64,000 nucleotides of DNA from Thermodesulfobacteriota bacterium (GTDB taxonomy: Bacteria; Desulfobacterota; Binatia; Bin18): positions 2,112,001-2,176,000 of the forward strand of contig OZ219926.1 in the NCBI GenBank assembly GCA_964291405.2. The letters are read 5' to 3'. The translations under genes were made by a program, and so were the position numbers. The notes under the pieces are model-generated. The model saw only the letters and a list, made by a program, of their open reading frames with translations, had not been told where the DNA came from and did not search any database. This document shows positions 58,291-64,000 of this stretch, one piece after another (position 1 is the stretch's first letter; each line of letters opens with the position of its first letter).

Positions 58291-58303
58291 AGAATACCTC
58301 GAA

Positions 58304-58339
58304 TGTCAGAAATAATAATATTATATCTGACAATGTCAA
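58304..58339 (-). promoter_or_regulatory. Sigma70-like promoter overlapped by a 29-bp palindromic operator
   Basis: TTGACA-16-TATTAT on the minus strand; palindrome TGTCAGA-a-ATAATA-a-TATTAT-a-TCTGACA (58304-58332). Confidence 0.7.
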
Positions 58340-58468
58340 TTCAAAAGTACAGAAGAGTCAGGCTGCGGTAAGCCCCTTTGCTCCGCCCCGCCACAGGCTG
58401 CGGGTATAGTAAAGGCGAACGGGTTGCTCTATGATCCCGTCATTCCGTGACCGTGCCTTCGGACTGAC

Positions 58469-60061
58469 ATGATCACCATTCGCTATACCGACTGGGATGG
58501 CAGCCAGCGTGTTCGGCTGTCGGCCGACAAAATCTTTGAAGAGCTGGCCGAACATCTGTCTTCGACGGACGATATGCAGAAGGCGCTGGAGCAGCTCATG
58601 CGCCAGGGTCTCGGGGAGGAAGACGACAAGCTCAAGGGCCTGGACGACCTCGTGCGCGACCTACGCGAAGAGATGCGTAAACGCTACCGCGAGTCCAATA
58701 TGCGCTCCTCGCTCGATGAGATGCAGGATCGACTGGACTCCATTCTGAACCAGGAGCAGCGTACGCTGGAGGAGCGGCGACCTCAGCAGCCCGAACTCGA
58801 AGAGAAGGAGCAGTTTCTCCAGCAGTTGCCGCAACGCCTGAGCGAGAAAATGGAGAAGCTGTCGAACTATGAGTTCGAGGACGAGGCCGCCCAGGCCGCG
58901 TTTGACGAACTCATGCAGGAGTTTGACAATATCCAATCGCTGGAGAATTTTCAGCGCCGTTTCAACGATCTGTTCAACGGACCGCGCCCGCTCAGCTATC
59001 AGGAAGCGTTGGAGCTGATGGAGGAAATGGAGCAGCTCCAGGAGATGGAGCAAAACCTGCTGTCCGGACAGCCGGAAAAGATCGACCCGGACCAACTCCA
59101 GGAATTGATTGGCCAGGCCGCCAGCCAGGACTTCCAGAATCTCCAGCAGATGCAGTCATTATTGGAAGAAGCCGGGTTTTTGATCTACCGCGAGGGCCGG
59201 GTGCAGTTGTCGCCCAAGGGCGTGCGGCGGATTGGCCAACTCGCTCTGCAAGACATCTATACCAATCTGCTGCGCGACCGGAACGGCTCACACGCCACCG
59301 ACCATCGTGGCATGGCCGAGATCAAAATGGACGAAACCCGACCGTATCAGTACGGCGACCCGATGCATCTCGACCTGGTCGGGACGCTCAAAAAATCCAT
59401 CCAGCGGACCCCTGGCGTCCCCGTGTCTATCCAGCCGGGGGATTTCACGATCTTCGATACCGACCACACGACCACCACCTCGACCGTCCTCCTACTCGAT
59501 ATGAGCTGGTCCATGAGTTGGGAGGGTCGCTTCGGAGCGGCGAAAAAGGTCGCGCTGGCGTTGGAGAGTCTGATCCGCACTCGCTATCCGCGGGATTATT
59601 TCTCGATTGTCGGGTTTTTCACCCGGGCCGTGGAACTCAAGATCAAAGACCTGCCCGAGGCGAGTTGGAATATGGGCGACCCGTTTACCAACCTCCAGGA
59701 CGGCCTGCGGCTGGCCGGGGACCTGCTGCGTCGCCACCCGAGTCATAATCAACACATCATTGTGGTGACGGATGGCCAGCCCACTGCGTATTTTTCGCGG
59801 GGTCGGCTCTACTGCGAATGGCCCCTGTCTTTTGGGGGGATCAGTATGCGGGCGGCTCAGGAGACTCTACGAGAGGTGGAGAAAGTCACCAAGCGGGGGG
59901 TCACGATTAATACCTTCATGCTCGACGACAGCCCGAGCCTGCGCACCTTTGTGGACAAAATGACCAAGATGAATCGCGGCCGCGCCTTTTACACCCGCCC
60001 GGACAATCTGGGGGAATATCTCCTGGTCGACTACGTGGCAAATCAGAAAAAGAGGATTTGA
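58469..60061 (+). CDS. VWA domain protein (Rv0959-like), likely partner of the AAA ATPase at 53484
   Basis: RY..WDGSQ N-terminus, MIDAS DMSWSM, TNLQ and TDGQPTA. Confidence 0.88.
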   Translation: MITIRYTDWDGSQRVRLSADKIFEELAEHLSSTDDMQKALEQLMRQGLGEEDDKLKGLDDLVRDLREEMRKRYRESNMRSSLDEMQDRLDSILNQEQRTLEERRPQQPELEEKEQFLQQLPQRLSEKMEKLSNYEFEDEAAQAAFDELMQEFDNIQSLENFQRRFNDLFNGPRPLSYQEALELMEEMEQLQEMEQNLLSGQPEKIDPDQLQELIGQAASQDFQNLQQMQSLLEEAGFLIYREGRVQLSPKGVRRIGQLALQDIYTNLLRDRNGSHATDHRGMAEIKMDETRPYQYGDPMHLDLVGTLKKSIQRTPGVPVSIQPGDFTIFDTDHTTTTSTVLLLDMSWSMSWEGRFGAAKKVALALESLIRTRYPRDYFSIVGFFTRAVELKIKDLPEASWNMGDPFTNLQDGLRLAGDLLRRHPSHNQHIIVVTDGQPTAYFSRGRLYCEWPLSFGGISMRAAQETLREVEKVTKRGVTINTFMLDDSPSLRTFVDKMTKMNRGRAFYTRPDNLGEYLLVDYVANQKKRI

Positions 60062-60077
60062 GCGGCGCGCGCAGTCT

Positions 60078-60641
60078 CTAACTGGTTTCGTCCGGCCCAA
60101 CCTGGGCTAGGGCGCGCTGTTCCTCTTGCTGCATGTCGGCGAAAACGGCCGCCTCGATCTCCCGATAGTGCCGGAGGGCGGCATCCACTTTTTCCTTGCC
60201 CTCTTTGGCTTCGAGTTCAGCGATCTTTTCCGTGATCCAGGTCAGGTGTGCCTTCTCGTCTGCCTGCATCTCGTGCAGAATCTTGAGCGTCTCCGGGGCG
60301 ACATCGGGCCGAGCAGCGTGTTCCGTGTACCGTTTATGCGCTCGTTCGGCCACCACGCAGGTGAGCGCCAGCAGATCAAGGAAATTCGCCGGCAGGCCAG
60401 CCTTACGCCGGAGTTGACGGTGGTAGCCATTATCAATCCGCATGGGTTCGCCGCCGAGCGCCAGAATACGCTCGGTCCAGAGCCAGGCATGATTGGTCGC
60501 ATCCGCTAAATGGCGGGCCAGCTTCTCTTGAATGTTCTGGTTCTCCGCAAGGTTGATCAGCCGCAGAATCAAGTCGGCCCCGCGCAATTCGGCATCCCGA
60601 TAATAATTGAACAACAGGATTTTATAGGCGTTTTTTTCCAT
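60078..60641 (-). CDS. Ferritin-like protein, paralog of 5803-6372 with an incomplete ligand set
   Basis: YYRDAELRGA is shared; DATNH and VVAERA replace DETRH and VVEERA. Confidence 0.8.
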   Translation of the reverse strand: MEKNAYKILLFNYYRDAELRGADLILRLINLAENQNIQEKLARHLADATNHAWLWTERILALGGEPMRIDNGYHRQLRRKAGLPANFLDLLALTCVVAERAHKRYTEHAARPDVAPETLKILHEMQADEKAHLTWITEKIAELEAKEGKEKVDAALRHYREIEAAVFADMQQEEQRALAQVGPDETS

Positions 60642-60735
60642 GCCGGTCTCTTCTGGCTCGCAGTGCCTCAGCTATCAGTGGGAGGCTGTTCGAGCAAGGG
60701 TATAAAGAAGCGGAAGAGAACAGTCCGGACAGGCC

Positions 60736-61482
60736 CTAGAGTTGGTCGAGACAGGCTGGCAACGCCGAGAGATGGGTAATTTCAAAATCGGGCTGGGCCA
60801 ACTGATCGAGAGTGTCAGCCTGATAGGCTCGCAGGACCTCGTGTTTGAGTTGCCTCTTCCGATTGAGCCAGATACTATGCAGACCACTTTTTCGGGCGCC
60901 CACGACATCGTGCAGCAGAGAGTCACCGATATACACAGCTTCTTCGGGACGGCAATTGGCAGCCCTGAGGGCGGCGGAGAAGATAAAAGGAGCGGGTTTG
61001 CCCTGGTCAAATTCGCCGCCGACAAATATATCGCGGAAATACGCCTGGAGACCGGCCGCTTTTACTTTGGCCCGCTGCATGCTGGGCGCGCCGTTGGTGA
61101 GCAGACTTACATGAAAGCGCTGGGTCAGGTCTGCGAGAAAGGGCAGCACGTCGGGATACGGTTGACAGTTGCGTAACCGATTCTGCCAATAGGTCGTGGC
61201 CGCGGCGTGTGTGACTTCTGCGTCATCATGGCCAAATCTTTCAAGGGTTTGTTGCCACAGGGAGGCGAGCATGGCCTCCGCTGACTCCAGGGGACGCAGG
61301 TAGCGATCATAATCTCCCCAGGCGCGGTCGGAGATCTCACGATAGGCTGATTCAAGCACCGCCGCACTGAGGTCCGGCCAGCGCTCGCATATCACCGCAA
61401 ACGCAGTCTTGAGGGCCTGATCAATCGTTGCCCCATCGTCAGCCAGGGTTCCATCAAAATCAAAAAAGACAGCTTTCAGCAT
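60736..61482 (-). CDS. HAD family hydrolase
   Basis: FFDFDGTL, LTNG, KP and IGDS..HD motifs. Confidence 0.92.
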   Translation of the reverse strand: MLKAVFFDFDGTLADDGATIDQALKTAFAVICERWPDLSAAVLESAYREISDRAWGDYDRYLRPLESAEAMLASLWQQTLERFGHDDAEVTHAAATTYWQNRLRNCQPYPDVLPFLADLTQRFHVSLLTNGAPSMQRAKVKAAGLQAYFRDIFVGGEFDQGKPAPFIFSAALRAANCRPEEAVYIGDSLLHDVVGARKSGLHSIWLNRKRQLKHEVLRAYQADTLDQLAQPDFEITHLSALPACLDQL

Positions 61483-61710
61483 AACAACCGCAGCCCCACA
61501 TGGTCACTCCTGCATGACAGCAGGAACGCTTTCTTGCGCCGGTACACGTTCGGACACATCTTGCGCTTCCTCGGCCAGGCGCGCAACGCCACCGCGCTGC
61601 GGACACCGGACTGATTTTCATTTTTCCTCTTGACAGGCTCCGGAATGCCAGGACAATGGGCGCGCAATCAATTTGGGCAGTCTCGCCTTCGGCGCCGTGA
61701 GAAGGGACCT

Positions 61711-61918
61711 ATGAACTTTGGTTTACAGGACCGTGTGGCAATCATCACCGACGACGAGTTATGGCATTGGCCGCGCTATTGCGGAGAGTTTTATCCAAGA
61801 AGGAATGAAAGTTGCGCGCTGTGCCTACAACCGGGAGTAGCTCGACCAGGCCGCACGCGAGCTGGGCTCTGAGGTACTAGCGATACAGGCCGATATGACC
61901 CAGGACGACAGGCTATGA
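61711..61918 (+). pseudogene. SDR oxidoreductase 5' remnant
   Basis: MNFGLQDRVAIIT, frameshift, SYGIGRAIAESFIQEG..., internal TAG, then ...VLAIQADMT and truncation. Confidence 0.8.
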
Positions 61919-62047
61919 TCCTACTTGGCGCCCCCGTTCTGGTTTGGCCGTGCCGGCTGAACACAACGAAGTGAGTAATCTGGACCTGCTACGGCTTCTC
62001 AGGAGTATGCCTTGAAGTCCCGACTCATAGGGGAAAAGTAAACGTGT

Positions 62048-63925
62048 ATGGAGGATAGGATTTTGCACAACGGCACGCCCCGGCGTGAGGATATTCGAAA
62101 TGTCGCCATTATCGCCCATGTCGATCATGGCAAAACCACCCTTATTGACGCCCTGCTCAAACAGAGCGGCACCTTTCGGGACAATGAACAGGTGGCCGAG
62201 CGGGTGATGGACTCGTTTGCACTGGAACGGGAACGCGGCATCACCATTCTGGCCAAGAACGCGGCACTCTCGTATCGCGGCGTAAAAATCAATTTTGTCG
62301 ATACGCCGGGCCATGCGGATTTTGGTGGCGAGGTTGAACGCTCGCTAGCCATGGTTGACGGAGTCATGCTCTTGGTGGACGCCTCGGAAGGTCCGCTGCC
62401 CCAGACGCGCTTTGTCCTGAAGAAAGCCCTGGAGGCCGGGCTGCCCTCGATTGTCTGCATTAATAAAATTGACCGGCGGGACGCGCAGATCTCTACCGTG
62501 CTGGATGCCATCTATGACCTCTTCATCGATCTCGATGCCTCAGACGAGCAACTCGCCTTTCCCGTGGTGTACACCAACGCCCGGACCGGGATTGCCAAAC
62601 GCGATCTGGACGAAGAGGGGCATAATCTTCAGCCGCTCTTTGACCTAATTGTCTCGGCCCTGCCCGGCCCGTCCTACGCGCTGGCCGGTCCCGTGCAGTT
62701 CCACGTGAACAATCTGGACTATAACGAGTATGTTGGTCGGATCGCTATCGGGCGCATTATCCAAGGAGAGCTTCAGAGCACGGCAGCCTATACGCTGTGT
62801 CGCGACGATGGCTCCCGCGTGCCATGTAAAGTTGCCCAACTGTATAGCTGGCAGGGGCTCAAACGGCACGAGATCGCGTCGGCGCAGGCCGGCGATATTG
62901 TGGCAGTGGCCGGGATTGAAGAGATTCAGATCGGAGAGACGATCTCCGATAGTGATAATCCGGTGGCCCTGCCCACGATTCAGATTGATGACCCAACGCT
63001 GGCCATGATCTTTGGGGTGAACACCGGTCCCTGGGCGGGTCGGGAAGGGCAATATGTGACGTCGCGCCGTCTCCGCGAACGGCTCTTTGCCGAGATGCAT
63101 AAAAACGTGAGTCTACGCGTGGAGGGAACCGACTCCCCCGACGCCTTTCGGGTGATGGGGCGGGGCGAGCTCCAGCTCTCGGTGGTAATTGAGACTATGC
63201 GTCGCGAAGGCTACGAACTCCAGGTTTCCAAGCCCACGGTCATTGTGAAAGAAAGTGAGGGTCAACTCCAGGAACCGATGGAGTTGGTCTTCATCGATGT
63301 CCAGGAGGACTATGTTGGTCAGGTCTCTCAGCTCATGGCTCAGCGCAAAGGATTCCTGACAAACATGGCTCCCCCGGAATCGGGCCGGGTCTGTCTGGAG
63401 TTCTCCGTTCCCTCGCGTGGTCTAATCGGCTTTCGGTCGCGCTTTCTGACGGAGACGCGCGGGACGGGCGTTATGCATACGCTCTTCAACGGCTATGCCC
63501 CCTGGCAGGGGCCAATCCAGAACCGGAGTAACGGCGCCCTGGTTGCCGACCGTGAGGGACAGGCTACTCCCTATTCGCTCTTTCATTTGCAGGAGCGGGG
63601 GGTCTTCTTTATCCCGGCCGGCACCCGCGTGTATGAGGGCATGGTGGTTGGAGAGAATGCCCGCGACAAGGACCTTGATGTGAACGTGTGTCGGGAGAAG
63701 AAGTTGACCAATGTCCGCGCTGCGGGACGAGATGAAGCGGTTCGCCTCGTTCCGTATAAAGACATGGATTTGGAAGACGCCCTGGAATGGATTGCCGCGG
63801 ATGAATTGGTCGAAGTCACGCCGCTGTCCATCCGCTTGCGCAAGCAGGTTCTGGCCCAGAACATGCGACCCAAACGTCGCGATGACGGACTGCTCTCTGC
63901 TACCATTGACCAACCGTTCGGGTAA
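62048..63925 (+). CDS. typA: Translational GTPase TypA/BipA
   Basis: [32 protein letters not shown] and KKLTNVR motifs. Confidence 0.97.
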   Translation: MEDRILHNGTPRREDIRNVAIIAHVDHGKTTLIDALLKQSGTFRDNEQVAERVMDSFALERERGITILAKNAALSYRGVKINFVDTPGHADFGGEVERSLAMVDGVMLLVDASEGPLPQTRFVLKKALEAGLPSIVCINKIDRRDAQISTVLDAIYDLFIDLDASDEQLAFPVVYTNARTGIAKRDLDEEGHNLQPLFDLIVSALPGPSYALAGPVQFHVNNLDYNEYVGRIAIGRIIQGELQSTAAYTLCRDDGSRVPCKVAQLYSWQGLKRHEIASAQAGDIVAVAGIEEIQIGETISDSDNPVALPTIQIDDPTLAMIFGVNTGPWAGREGQYVTSRRLRERLFAEMHKNVSLRVEGTDSPDAFRVMGRGELQLSVVIETMRREGYELQVSKPTVIVKESEGQLQEPMELVFIDVQEDYVGQVSQLMAQRKGFLTNMAPPESGRVCLEFSVPSRGLIGFRSRFLTETRGTGVMHTLFNGYAPWQGPIQNRSNGALVADREGQATPYSLFHLQERGVFFIPAGTRVYEGMVVGENARDKDLDVNVCREKKLTNVRAAGRDEAVRLVPYKDMDLEDALEWIAADELVEVTPLSIRLRKQVLAQNMRPKRRDDGLLSATIDQPFG

Positions 63926-63929
63926 GCCG

Positions 63930-64000
63930 ATGTCTCTCACAGATGATCTGATAGCGCTGCTTTCCTCGGAGCAGGTTTCCACCCGGCCCGCCGACCTGGA
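63930..64000 (+). CDS. 5' start of the next gene, possibly an FAD-binding oxidoreductase (partial)
   Basis: MSLTDDLIALLSSEQVSTRPADL resembles GlcD-type N-termini; too short to be sure. Confidence 0.4.
   Translation, partial: MSLTDDLIALLSSEQVSTRPADL

Overview
GC-rich bacterial chromosome segment. Gene order and content (pheA-hisC-tyrA-aroA-cmk-rpsA-ihfB, lpxL, cofC, many amidohydrolases) suggest a Gram-negative deltaproteobacterium-like organism, possibly Binatia; this is inference only. Most of the window is clean housekeeping sequence: engB, gpmA, recN, recQ, pdhAB, gloB, aspC-like, coaD, rsmD, cofC, miaA, accA and typA. I saw no rRNA, tRNA or CRISPR array. Two accessory hotspots stand out. 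(1) At about 2.0-4.0 kb there is a patchwork of indel-riddled gene relics: two differently deleted copies of part of a Cys-rich extracellular repeat protein, plus a DUF1640-like relic. It appears to have clipped the 5' end of an Smr gene and created an in-frame chimera with a DUF5667 gene. (2) At about 54.9-58.4 kb a defence-like island sits between a Mg-chelatase-like AAA gene and its VWA partner. It contains an hsdR 5' stub, a probable IS end, an orphan RelB/DinJ antitoxin, a PIN7 nuclease and an XRE-ImmA/PIN pair with a palindromic operator. Other points of interest: two ferritin-like paralogs, one lacking two iron ligands; a GT2 / ParB-C-like / SplB-like radical SAM operon; an MMPL-cNMP fusion facing an adenylate-cyclase-like stub; a dispersed 55-bp inverted-repeat element; a small pilin-like ORF; and an HDO-family oxidase. 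All family assignments come from motif recognition by eye, not database searches.
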